From: Acidobacteriota bacterium
Lineage (GTDB): Bacteria; Acidobacteriota; Terriglobia; 20CM-2-55-15
NCBI GenBank assembly: GCA_003222815.1
Contig: QHXC01000418.1
Location: 111-64,110 of the forward strand
DNA: 64,000 bases
Direction of reading: 5' to 3'
In this document: piece by piece, positions 18,637 to 27,900 of the stretch
How positions within the stretch are numbered: the first letter of the stretch is position 1
How the letters are laid out: each line of letters begins with the position of its first letter
Program-made: the position numbers and the translations under genes
The notes under the pieces: generated by a model
The model's database searches: none
What the model was told of the DNA's origin: nothing
The model's input: only the letters and a program-made list of their open reading frames with translations

Positions 18637-19743
18637 GTGAAAAATCGTTTAAGTTCGATCGCTACGGCAATCGCGCTGATCGCTATCGGCCTGGCGCCTG
18701 CGCCTGCCGCTGCGCAGTCCGCAAAAATAACAAAGGTGGACGTGACCGCGCCCACGCCACGCCTTCCAAACGGCAAGCCGGACTTCAGTGGGGTTTGGGC
18801 GCGACCCGGTACACAGGATCTGACGAGGACGTTCACGAACCGGGACGGGACCAGCAATAGAGGCGAACCGAATCCGCTTCCATTCACGCCTTGGGGTCAG
18901 GCGCAGTGGGACAATTACAACCCGACACAAAACGGTGACTATGCGGGGAGCTGCATGCCGTTTGGGTGGATACGATCCTTCACGCCACATCCCATGCAGA
19001 TTCTTCAAAACAATGAGTACATCTCATTTTTGTTTGAGCAAAGCACCATGTTTCAAGCCGTGAATACCGAGGGGCTGCCGCATCGAAAGGATTGGCCACC
19101 AACATGGTTTGGTGACTCCCGCGGTCATTGGGACGGAGATACTCTGGTCATCGAAGCGGTGAACTTCAACGGTTGGGCCAAGCTTGGCACCATGGGGCAT
19201 CCGATGAGTGAGGGGGCGAAACTCACCATGACGTTCAAGCGCCCGGACATGGGGCACATTCAGTTCAAATGGGTTCTTGACGATCCGAAGACTTATACGA
19301 GACCCATAAGTAACGACAGAGTCTTCGTGCTCACGCCACAAGTCGAGATCATGGAGTACGCCTGCATGGAGGGCAACCTGGCCTCTCTTATCGACGGTGC
19401 GATCACACCTTGGTTAGGACCCAAAGATTCGGATAAGAATCTTGTTTACGGCCCGCAGCGGGACTGGCCCGCATACGACCTCACCAAACCACAGAAACTC
19501 ACCGGTGTGCTCAAAGACGTTAGCTTCAAAGACGGGCCTGGTATCCTGAGGATGGACGTCGATAAGAAGCCACTGGTCGTCGTGCTGTCACCGCTGGTGC
19601 GAATGAACGCTCGAGGCGTAACTGAAGAAATGCTAAAGCCGGGCGTCATGGTCAGCGTCGTGGCCTATGCGAACAAACAAACAAAGGATGAACTTCGGGC
19701 AGAAAGCATCTCGGTCGAAGGAAGAACGGCGGACTTGCGCTGA
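18637..19743 (+). CDS. Secreted hypothetical protein with C-terminal OB-fold-like (DUF6152-like) module
   Basis: RBS + GTG, signal peptide, PDFSGVW, GDSRGHWDGDTLVIE, DDPKTYTRP, EYAC. Confidence 0.75.
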   Translation: MKNRLSSIATAIALIAIGLAPAPAAAQSAKITKVDVTAPTPRLPNGKPDFSGVWARPGTQDLTRTFTNRDGTSNRGEPNPLPFTPWGQAQWDNYNPTQNGDYAGSCMPFGWIRSFTPHPMQILQNNEYISFLFEQSTMFQAVNTEGLPHRKDWPPTWFGDSRGHWDGDTLVIEAVNFNGWAKLGTMGHPMSEGAKLTMTFKRPDMGHIQFKWVLDDPKTYTRPISNDRVFVLTPQVEIMEYACMEGNLASLIDGAITPWLGPKDSDKNLVYGPQRDWPAYDLTKPQKLTGVLKDVSFKDGPGILRMDVDKKPLVVVLSPLVRMNARGVTEEMLKPGVMVSVVAYANKQTKDELRAESISVEGRTADLR

Positions 19744-19855
19744 GGAAGGAATCAAACCCGCGCCACCGGGAGATTTATGTCATCGACAAAGTTCAGAATG
19801 CTTCCTTCACCTTTAGCTGGGAGAAAATTTTGGAGGGATTACAGCGTTGAAGAGC

Positions 19856-19919
19856 ACGCGAATGGTTCGCATTCAAACTGCCTAACGCACCATTCGCGTC
19901 ATTGGCGTAATTCGCGGCT
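19856..19919. repeat. ATTCGCGTC-type short periodic palindromic element (related copies at 22591-22619 and 26509-26537)
   Basis: ACGCGAATGGT...ACCATTCGCGTCATTGGCGTAATTCGCGGC; similar to CATTCGCGTAATCCGCGTCATTCGCGGCT. Confidence 0.55.
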
Positions 19920-19924
19920 CAGAC

Positions 19925-20983
19925 TCATCTGAATTTCGGCAACAGCCTCAGAGCATTCTGATCGATCGCTTGAAGATCCTTCGGGTCAAACACACCACAT
20001 TCCTTCAAACCTTTGACGTGTTCCGCGGCGGTGCGGAATGGGTAGTCCGTCCCGAAGACGATCTGCGAGATGGGGACGACTTTGCTCAGCGCCGACATAG
20101 CGGCTGGGTTGGCGACCTGCGCCGTGTCGTAGTAAAACTTTGCCGCCGCGCCGCCAAATCCCTGGGGGAACTTCGGCGCGAATTGGGCCGACCGTGCCAT
20201 CCCGGTGAACCGTTCGACCAGAAACGGCATCGTGCCGCCCCCGTGCGAAAAGATCATCCGGATGTTCGCGAAGCGCGCGGCGGCCCCGCCGAAAATCATT
20301 TGGGCGATCGCCCGAGTCGTGTCGGTCCCCCACTCGATTGCCCCATCACCGACATTGGGAAGGAGATTTCTGCAACAGTTGGCTGTGTTCGGATGGGTGT
20401 AGACGACAGCATTGCGCCGGTGGAGTTCCTCGAAGACCGGGTTGAACGCGGGATCGCCCAGCCATTTGTCGCCGTAGCTTGTGAACAAGCCGACGCCGTC
20501 CGCCTTGAGCGTATCGAAGCTGTATTCGATCTCGCGGAGGCTGGCGTCAATGTTCGGAAGAGGCAGTGCGGCGAATACACCGAAACGGCGCGGATGATCC
20601 GTGGCCAGTCTCGCCGCGTACTCGTTGCATTCGCGGCAAAGCCGGACCGCCGTCGACGGATCGTTAAAGGGGTCTCCCGCCGGCGCGATCGAACTGATAC
20701 CTGCGGACACGCCCGCCCGGTCCATATCCTCGAGACCCCGCGCGGGAGTCCAGTTCGCCGAAGCGCCCGCGAGACGCTGGGAGCCCAGTGCCTGGAGCAA
20801 ACTTGGTGGCACAATGTGGTGATGGATGTCGATCCGAACGGGTGTGGCACTGGCGGCTGACGGCCTTGTCTGCGCAAACAATCCCTTCGCGGGGAGAAGC
20901 GCACCCGCTCCGGCCGCGGCAAACGATCTCAGAAACTCCCGGCGCGAACCGCCATAGTGGTTCCCCCGAATGTAATATCTCAT
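19925..20983 (-). CDS. Tat-exported amidohydrolase_2 family protein (decarboxylase/hydratase-like)
   Basis: SRREFL, IDIHHH, YTHP, SHGGG, FYYDTA, FGTDYP. Confidence 0.9.
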   Translation of the reverse strand: MRYYIRGNHYGGSRREFLRSFAAAGAGALLPAKGLFAQTRPSAASATPVRIDIHHHIVPPSLLQALGSQRLAGASANWTPARGLEDMDRAGVSAGISSIAPAGDPFNDPSTAVRLCRECNEYAARLATDHPRRFGVFAALPLPNIDASLREIEYSFDTLKADGVGLFTSYGDKWLGDPAFNPVFEELHRRNAVVYTHPNTANCCRNLLPNVGDGAIEWGTDTTRAIAQMIFGGAAARFANIRMIFSHGGGTMPFLVERFTGMARSAQFAPKFPQGFGGAAAKFYYDTAQVANPAAMSALSKVVPISQIVFGTDYPFRTAAEHVKGLKECGVFDPKDLQAIDQNALRLLPKFR

Positions 20984-21022
20984 GGTCGCCTCCTCCTGAT
21001 TCTCATCTAATACAGTAAAAAG

Positions 21023-21093
21023 AACGCGGGTTAAAGCCCGCGACTATATTAGGGCCAAACGTGGTTGCGACAAAGTAGTCCCGGTCTTCAGCC
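21023..21093. repeat. Degenerate GTAG-type REP doublet
   Basis: AACGCGGGTTAAAGCCCGCGACTATA ... GTAGTCCCGGTCTTCAGCC. Confidence 0.75.
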
Positions 21094-21294
21094 ATCTCTC
21101 GCCACTGTAGCGTTGCTTGGCTCAAAAATCTTGCTGCCGGCAAGCTCGCTGATTTCGTTATTCTGTCTCACGATATTATGGCCGTGCCCGAAGAACAGAT
21201 CCGCGATATCACGCCGCTCGCCACCTTCGTTGGAGGAAAGAAAGCCTACTCCGCTCTCGGCGGCGGCTTTTAGCGCGACCGCGCTGTGGCGATG

Positions 21295-22611
21295 TCACTC
21301 GCTTGCACGATAGATGATGTTCCCGGCACGGATCGTGTAATGTACGGCAGCTAGCGCTCGGTTGTTCTGGGAGGGGTCACCTTTCAAGACAACGAGATCC
21401 GCCTGGAGACCTGCGGCGATTCGTCCCAGTTGTTTTGATTCTCCAAATCGCTCGGCGGGCGCAGTCGTCAGTGAAGCGAGAATCTGGCGAAAGCTCATTC
21501 CCGCCTCGGCCATCAAGGCGTACTCCTCAGTAGGATCATACTCGACGGCGCCCAGGTCGTTTCCGAAAAGAACTGTCCCTCCAGAGGCAAGCCAGGCTCG
21601 CAACTGGCCAATTTCAGTATTAGCAATCTGCTCCTGGGCTGATATGCGGTCATGGCGCATGTAGTACTTCCATATTGTAAGGGTTGGTGTGAGGGCCACT
21701 CGCCGGTCCTTCATCGCCGCAAGGATCGTTTCGTCCCACGGGCCGGAGTGGGGAGCGGTGTGAGCAATGACATCAACTCCACCTCGAACCGCGGTGAGCA
21801 CGTCCGCGCCGCTATTTGGGTGAACAAAGACAGGTTTCGCCAACCGATGGGCTTCGTTTACAGCGGCTTGAATGGCGCTCTCCGGAAGCGAGGCACTGCG
21901 CGGCGAAGATGCGAACAGCTTTATGCCGTCCACGCCTTCATCCAGGAGCTTCTTTGAAGCCGCCGCCGCTTGGGCGGCATCCACTATCTCCGGGGCTGGG
22001 AACTTCATTGCGCCCATCATGTTGAGCACGGTGTCCGACGGAAGTGCGTGCGGCGGAACCATGGCCTCCCCGGTCGAGCGAATTCTCGGACCCGGCACTT
22101 CTCCAGACTCGATGCGGTCCCGGAGCCGCCGCGTGTTCTCCCACATGGACCCGATGTCGAACACGCTGGTAAACCCATACCGTGTGAGCATGTCCTGGAG
22201 CTGCCGGCTGAGCTCGGGCACTGGGATTCCCACGGCATTCGCCCACTTTCTTTCAAAGAAGTGCACGTGGCTGTTCCAAAAACCTGCCGCAACCGTGAAA
22301 CCCGAGCAATCGAGCAATTCGGTGTTCTGAGGAACCTGGACAACCGCCCTGTTACCCACCGCTGCTATCTTTCCGCCTTGAATGAGCACCACGCCGTCCG
22401 GTATGGGCTCTTCTGTGGGACTGACATAGATCGTCCCTCCCACCAGAGCTAAATACCCCGGGGAGTTGAGGGATTGACCTGATTGCCTGCTATGTGGGGG
22501 GTTTCTCGTGCTCGTCCCAGTGTTCAACGATCTTGCCGTTTTTCTCGAGTCGTGGGTGTGGATATCCAGGCAAGGAGTCTCTTCGGGTCCCATTCGCGTA
22601 ATCCGCGTCAT
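21295..22611 (-). CDS. Amidohydrolase_1 family protein (true start uncertain)
   Basis: GFWNSHVH, GVDGIKLF, VFVHP, FGNDLG, GLQADLVVL; first ~50 aa look non-native. Confidence 0.8.
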   Translation of the reverse strand: MTRITRMGPEETPCLDIHTHDSRKTARSLNTGTSTRNPPHSRQSGQSLNSPGYLALVGGTIYVSPTEEPIPDGVVLIQGGKIAAVGNRAVVQVPQNTELLDCSGFTVAAGFWNSHVHFFERKWANAVGIPVPELSRQLQDMLTRYGFTSVFDIGSMWENTRRLRDRIESGEVPGPRIRSTGEAMVPPHALPSDTVLNMMGAMKFPAPEIVDAAQAAAASKKLLDEGVDGIKLFASSPRSASLPESAIQAAVNEAHRLAKPVFVHPNSGADVLTAVRGGVDVIAHTAPHSGPWDETILAAMKDRRVALTPTLTIWKYYMRHDRISAQEQIANTEIGQLRAWLASGGTVLFGNDLGAVEYDPTEEYALMAEAGMSFRQILASLTTAPAERFGESKQLGRIAAGLQADLVVLKGDPSQNNRALAAVHYTIRAGNIIYRASE

Positions 22612-22622
22612 TCGCGGCTAGG

Positions 22623-24488
22623 CTAATGTTGAGATGGCGCAGCGGCTTGTTCCAACGTTCCTTTCAAGGAAAAGAGCCACAGGCTGTCCCCGCGGGGCGA
22701 TCCTGCAAAGAGGCTACCCGCCGAATAGGCCACAAGGTACTGTTCTCCCTCGTATTCAAACACGCTGGCTGGAGCATTCACACCAGCGCCCGTCTGGAAC
22801 TCCCATAGGCGTTTGCCGGTCGAAGAGTTGAGCGCGGTCAGCCGCCCGTCGTTTCTCCCTACAAAAACGAGGCCACCCGCCGTCGTCACCGAGCCGCTAT
22901 AGCAGGAGTCCTTCCACCTTTGTTGCCACACGAGACGATTGGTCTTCATATCCAACGCTGCGAAGATTCCCGTACCTGGAATGGGAGCGCCGCCAAAGAC
23001 GCCTCCCAAATAGCGTTCGCCCTCCCGTGAAGTCACTTGATTCAGCTCGCCGGCCTTGAATAAATTCGTGCTGTCGGTGCCACATACATAAAAGTAGTTC
23101 GTGGCTGGATCGTAGGAGCTAGGCGGCCAGTTCGCCCCGCCCCGCGGGGCTGGTTTGGCTACGACTCCCTCAGTCCAGAATGGAGTGAAGATGCGCCCCT
23201 GGTTCACCAGGGGGAAGTCCTCTGGTGCAATGTCCACGTGGTGGGGTACGAACGCGTCTCCCCGTGGATAAGGCTGGGTTGGCGACGTGAACTGCCGTGG
23301 CTCTTGGGGAACCGGCTTCTCATCGATCCCGAGCAACGGCTTACCTGTGATCCGATCGAGGATGTATACCCAACCCGTCTTGCTCGCCTCGGCGGCCGCT
23401 TTTCGGACTCGACCGTTGACCTTCACATCAAAGAGAATGACGGGATTGGGAGAATCATAGTCCCACAGATCATGGTGAACTTGCTGATAGTGCCACCGGT
23501 ACTTTCCCGTCTTTGCTTCCACGGCCAGCATCGAAACGGAGAAAAGATTATTTCCAGCACGGACCCGGCCGTTGAAGTCAGGTCCCGGATTACCTGTGGT
23601 GAAATATATAAGGCCCAGCTCCGGGTCCACTGCCGGGGTTTGCCACACCGTGGCTCCGCCGTGCTTCCACGCTTCATTATTCTGCGGCCAGGTGTCATGA
23701 CCGATCTCGTCCGGGCCAGGGATCGTGTAGAAAGTCCAGATCAGATGCCCATCTTTCGCGTCGTAGGCCTTGACGCGGCCCCGTGTGCCGTTCTCGCCGC
23801 CGGCAAAGCCGACGATGATCAATCCGTCGAAGTAAAGGGGTGCGGCTGTAATTGTGTAACCGTCCTGCCAGCGCTCGGCTTGAATGGACCACGTGGCCTT
23901 GCCCGATTTTTCATCCAGAGCCACCAGGCGGCCATCCAGCTGTCCCACGTAAATCTTGCCATCACCTAAGGCCAGACCCCGGCTCGTCCAGCCACAGCAG
24001 ACGGTGGATATGGTCCCGTCAAGGTTGGCTTCGTACTTCCAGAGGATCTTGCCTGTCTTCACGCTAACAGCAAAGACGTCGTCAGCTCCTGTGACGAGAT
24101 AGATGACTCCTTCGTGGACGATAGGCTGGGCCTCGCCGGAGTACTTGACGTTCATCCCCGAGCCGTCCAGATGCGCTCGCCATACGGCCTTCAAGTTGGC
24201 GACGGTCTGGCGATTGATCTGCGTCAGAGGGGAGTAGTTCTGGTTGAAAAAGTTACCTCCGCTCTTGGGCCAGCCGTTCGTGGGAAGCGCCGCCAGCTCC
24301 TTATCTGACAAGGCTGCAGTTGCACCGATGCCGGAATCAGCGGGAACCTCAGTGGGCGCCGGTTTGGTCGCTGGCCTGGACTGCTGCGGTAACGGAAATC
24401 CAAAGAGCAGCGCGCAAAGCGCAGAGCTGCCCGTTAGCAAAAGAACCAAAGCGACATGTGAAGAGATCCACCTGATCTTATTTTCCAA
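22623..24488 (-). CDS. PQQ-dependent alcohol dehydrogenase-like protein
   Basis: NYSPLTQIN, vicinal CC (VCCGWTSRG), GNPGPD, HHDLWDYD, GGANW, W-motif repeats. Confidence 0.9.
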   Translation of the reverse strand: MENKIRWISSHVALVLLLTGSSALCALLFGFPLPQQSRPATKPAPTEVPADSGIGATAALSDKELAALPTNGWPKSGGNFFNQNYSPLTQINRQTVANLKAVWRAHLDGSGMNVKYSGEAQPIVHEGVIYLVTGADDVFAVSVKTGKILWKYEANLDGTISTVCCGWTSRGLALGDGKIYVGQLDGRLVALDEKSGKATWSIQAERWQDGYTITAAPLYFDGLIIVGFAGGENGTRGRVKAYDAKDGHLIWTFYTIPGPDEIGHDTWPQNNEAWKHGGATVWQTPAVDPELGLIYFTTGNPGPDFNGRVRAGNNLFSVSMLAVEAKTGKYRWHYQQVHHDLWDYDSPNPVILFDVKVNGRVRKAAAEASKTGWVYILDRITGKPLLGIDEKPVPQEPRQFTSPTQPYPRGDAFVPHHVDIAPEDFPLVNQGRIFTPFWTEGVVAKPAPRGGANWPPSSYDPATNYFYVCGTDSTNLFKAGELNQVTSREGERYLGGVFGGAPIPGTGIFAALDMKTNRLVWQQRWKDSCYSGSVTTAGGLVFVGRNDGRLTALNSSTGKRLWEFQTGAGVNAPASVFEYEGEQYLVAYSAGSLFAGSPRGDSLWLFSLKGTLEQAAAPSQH

Positions 24489-24675
24489 CTCACGCCTCCT
24501 TCGAGCACCTTCGAGCCGACCTGGGAATTCCGCCGGATGCTACAACCCCATGATGTCGTAGTGTGCTGCCTGCTACCGAATATCGTTCCTCGAAGATGTG
24601 CGCATTTTATCAAACTCGTGATTATGCACATTGGCCGATTTGCGATACATCATCGTAATTACGAGCCCCCGGCAC

Positions 24676-24830
24676 TCAATTTGACGGGTTCGGCTTGCCG
24701 GCGGCTTTATAAAGATCAGCTTTGGTTGCGCCCGAGCCGTGGAGCGGGAGGATCTTTTCGAAATCGAGTTTCAGCCTCTCGACATTCTCCACAAGGTTCA
24801 CAGTGAGTGGGCCACATGTTTCTTGACCAT
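24676..24830 (-). pseudogene. C-terminal fragment of an MBL-fold hydrolase
   Basis: NLVENVERLKLDFEKILPLHG, homologous to the fragment at 33236-33529. Confidence 0.55.
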
Positions 24831-24952
24831 ATTCCCCTCCATGCGCGGATGACGTCATTTAATGCGCATTATATGGACTGCAATTCTGGCGGTCCAATCT
24901 TTCGGTGTGGTAGGCTTCTCACGATTCCTGGAGTAAAGGAGGACAAGCGGCG

Positions 24953-25411
24953 ATGTCGCAGCAGATGAAATTCGAAAGCCGGGAGAAAAGAATCACCCCC
25001 AGCGAATTCCAATTTGGGGCGGATGCGGGACCGGCCGTTGGCACATCTCTGGTATCGGAAGTTCAGACAGCCATTCTCAAGGGAGATCCCTCGAAGCCCG
25101 GCCTGTACACGATCCTTCTTCGCATTGCGCCGAACACGAGGATTCAGCCGCATTCGCACCGGGACGACCGTATCGCGACAGTGGTTTCAGGCACGTGGTA
25201 TTTCGCTTATGGCGACGAATTTGACGAGACTGACCTGAAGGCTTTGCCACCTGGCAGCTTCTACACGGAACCCGAGGGGATCAATCATTTTGGATTGACG
25301 AAAGAAGAAGTCCTTATCCAGATGACGGGCATCGGACCCTCGGACACCGTCTACGTCGATCCGCGTCACGACCCGACCAGGCAGCGCCAGCAGGAAAGGA
25401 CTAACCCGTGA
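24953..25411 (+). CDS. Cupin-domain protein
   Basis: GDPSKPGLYT, PHSH.DDR, VVSGTW, LPPGSFYTEP..INHF. Confidence 0.85.
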   Translation: MSQQMKFESREKRITPSEFQFGADAGPAVGTSLVSEVQTAILKGDPSKPGLYTILLRIAPNTRIQPHSHRDDRIATVVSGTWYFAYGDEFDETDLKALPPGSFYTEPEGINHFGLTKEEVLIQMTGIGPSDTVYVDPRHDPTRQRQQERTNP

Positions 25412-26508
25412 ATGATCGCCGAGAATTTCTAAGAGCCTTGGCCGCCCTCGGAACGGCCGTCACCATGGCGCCTGCCGGCGAATTGTTCGCGCAACGGCCC
25501 TACAAGGTAACCGCGAAAGGCGGATCGATTGACGTACACCATCACCATGCGCCGCCGGGCCTCGGCGGTGGAGGTGGAGGCGGGGGCGGTGCCGCAGCAG
25601 GTGCGAGAGGTGCTTCGCCTGCCGGCGCCACAGGCAGAGGCACCGCAGGCGCACGCGGAGGCGGGGGTGGGCCGTGGACGCCCCAGCGATCCATCGAGCA
25701 GATGGATAAATTCGGGATTGTCACGGCGATCCTCTCGCTGACTCAAGTGGGCGACGTGATTTACGACAACACTGCGAAAGGACGCGCGGCAGTTCGGACT
25801 GCCAATGAATTCGGTGCGAAGTGTATGCAGGACTACCCGAAACGTTTCGGACTGTTTGCATCGATACCTTTCCCCGATGTAGAAGGTTCCCTGAAGGAGA
25901 TCGAGTACGCGTGCGATATCTTGAAATGTGTCGGGATCAGTATCTACACAAATGAAAACCAGGGTCATTGGCCGGGCGATCACCATCTGGAACCCATTTG
26001 GGAAGAACTCGGCCGGCGCAAAACAATCCTGTACATGCATCCCTGGGTGCCGGCGTGCTGCAATAATCTCAACTACGGCGCGTCATCCTTCATGAATGAG
26101 ATTGATTTTGAAACTACACGCGCAGTTACCAGTTTCATTACGAACGGCGTGTTCTTTCGTCATCGCGACCTCAAGTTGATCACCGCGCATTCCGGCGGTA
26201 CGCTTCCCGTGCTGGCGGGACGCATGAAGGATCGTTATCCGAACGACAAGATTCAATACATTCCCGACGGGTTTTGGGCTGAACTCCGGCGTCTTTATTA
26301 CGACTGCGCGCACGCCACTTATAAAATGCCGTGGGCCGCGCTGACCGCATTGGTCCCCCCGACCCAACTCCTGTTTGGGACGGATTACTCTCCAGAACCC
26401 ATCGAGACAACGATCAACGAGATTCCCAACCTGGGCCTGTCCCGCGACGTCCTGGAGATGCTGGAACGCAAAAATGCGGAGCGTTTGTTCCCGCGGTTCA
26501 AAGTCTGA
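25408..26508 (+). CDS. Tat-exported amidohydrolase_2 family protein with Gly-rich insertion
   Basis: DRREFL, IDVHHH, YMHP, AHSGG, FGTDY. Confidence 0.88.
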   Translation: MNDRREFLRALAALGTAVTMAPAGELFAQRPYKVTAKGGSIDVHHHHAPPGLGGGGGGGGGAAAGARGASPAGATGRGTAGARGGGGGPWTPQRSIEQMDKFGIVTAILSLTQVGDVIYDNTAKGRAAVRTANEFGAKCMQDYPKRFGLFASIPFPDVEGSLKEIEYACDILKCVGISIYTNENQGHWPGDHHLEPIWEELGRRKTILYMHPWVPACCNNLNYGASSFMNEIDFETTRAVTSFITNGVFFRHRDLKLITAHSGGTLPVLAGRMKDRYPNDKIQYIPDGFWAELRRLYYDCAHATYKMPWAALTALVPPTQLLFGTDYSPEPIETTINEIPNLGLSRDVLEMLERKNAERLFPRFKV

Positions 26509-26566
26509 TGCGTGGCATAATCCGCGCAATCCGTGGCCAAACTCTATGGCGGTGGAGGACAAATCA

Positions 26567-27718
26567 ATGAGATTTTTCAGAAGCACTCAACAGACGCGCC
26601 GGGAATTCCTGCAGTTGAGTGCAGCGTCGATCTTCCGCCCGGTGTTTGGCGCGCAAGTGCCGGCAGGACGAGTGACGACAATCGTTGGAAACGGGGTGAG
26701 AGGTTCGGCAGCGGACGACGAAACAATGGATCGCGCTCAAATCAATAATCCTTTCCATGTGGTGATTGGACCGGACGGCGCCCTGTATTGGTCGGACTTC
26801 GGGACGCACAGGGTTCTCCGGGCCGACTTGCGCACCAAGAAACTTTCAGTAGTGGCAGGCAACGGCACGAAAGGCTATTCCGGTGACGGCGGCCCAGCAA
26901 AGTCGGCCCAACTCAATGGTCCTCACGAAATCCGGTTTGACAGCAAAGGCAACCTTTATGTTGTCGAGCGCGATAACGCCATTGTGAGACGCGTCGAGAT
27001 GAAGTCGGGCATCATCTCGACGGTGGCAGGCACCGGAATGCCAGGGTACGCCGGCGATGGCGGACCTGCAACGAAAGCCCAGTTCAATCAACCTCACGGC
27101 ATTAACCTCGACCGATCCGGCAACCTCTATATATGCGACCCCCTCAATAACCGCCTCCGCCGAGTGGATGCAAAGACTGGCATCGTTACGACGTTTGCTG
27201 GAAACGGACAGGACGGCCGTACCCCCGACGAAGGTACTCTGACGGGAACGCCATTAGCCGGACCACGGTCCATCGAGTTTCCTAAGGATGGGAAAATCTA
27301 TCTGGCGTTAAGAGAGGGCAACGGCATATTCACACTTGATCCAAGGCAGAACCGAGTGAAGCGCATCGCCGGAAACGGTGAAAGTGGCTACACCGGCGAC
27401 GGTGGACCGGCAATGTCCGCCCGATTCGGCGGGTCGGCGCCCGGCGGGTTGACTGGGCCAAAAGGACTCTCCATTTCCGATGACGGAATCATGTTCGTGG
27501 CAGACTGCGAGAATCACGTCATCCGCAGAATCGACTTGCGTACCGGAATAATTTCTACCGCCGTCGGAACCGGCCAACGCAGCGACGGCCCGGATGGTGA
27601 TCCCACCAAATGCAAACTGTCTCGACCTCATGCTGTGTTCGTGCAAGGCCGAACGGTTTACATCGCAGATAGCGAAAATAACAGGATTCGCGCTCTGCAG
27701 TACTCTCTCCACCTCTAG
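26567..27718 (+). CDS. Tat-exported NHL-repeat beta-propeller protein
   Basis: TRREFL; repeated GYSGDGGPA..A.LN.P motifs. Confidence 0.88.
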   Translation: MRFFRSTQQTRREFLQLSAASIFRPVFGAQVPAGRVTTIVGNGVRGSAADDETMDRAQINNPFHVVIGPDGALYWSDFGTHRVLRADLRTKKLSVVAGNGTKGYSGDGGPAKSAQLNGPHEIRFDSKGNLYVVERDNAIVRRVEMKSGIISTVAGTGMPGYAGDGGPATKAQFNQPHGINLDRSGNLYICDPLNNRLRRVDAKTGIVTTFAGNGQDGRTPDEGTLTGTPLAGPRSIEFPKDGKIYLALREGNGIFTLDPRQNRVKRIAGNGESGYTGDGGPAMSARFGGSAPGGLTGPKGLSISDDGIMFVADCENHVIRRIDLRTGIISTAVGTGQRSDGPDGDPTKCKLSRPHAVFVQGRTVYIADSENNRIRALQYSLHL

Positions 27719-27900
27719 CCCGGGCTATTGCAGATTCGACCATATTGGGAAAAACAAGACAACGGATAAGCTCACCTGTATAGTGTGACCTCCAGCGCGC
27801 GGCCGACAGGCGAGCTAGCTTCGCACTTGGATGTCCAAAATGCGAGGCTAGCTCTATCTTCTGTTCACCTAGTGACCGAGCTTCCACGGCAGGCTAGGGT

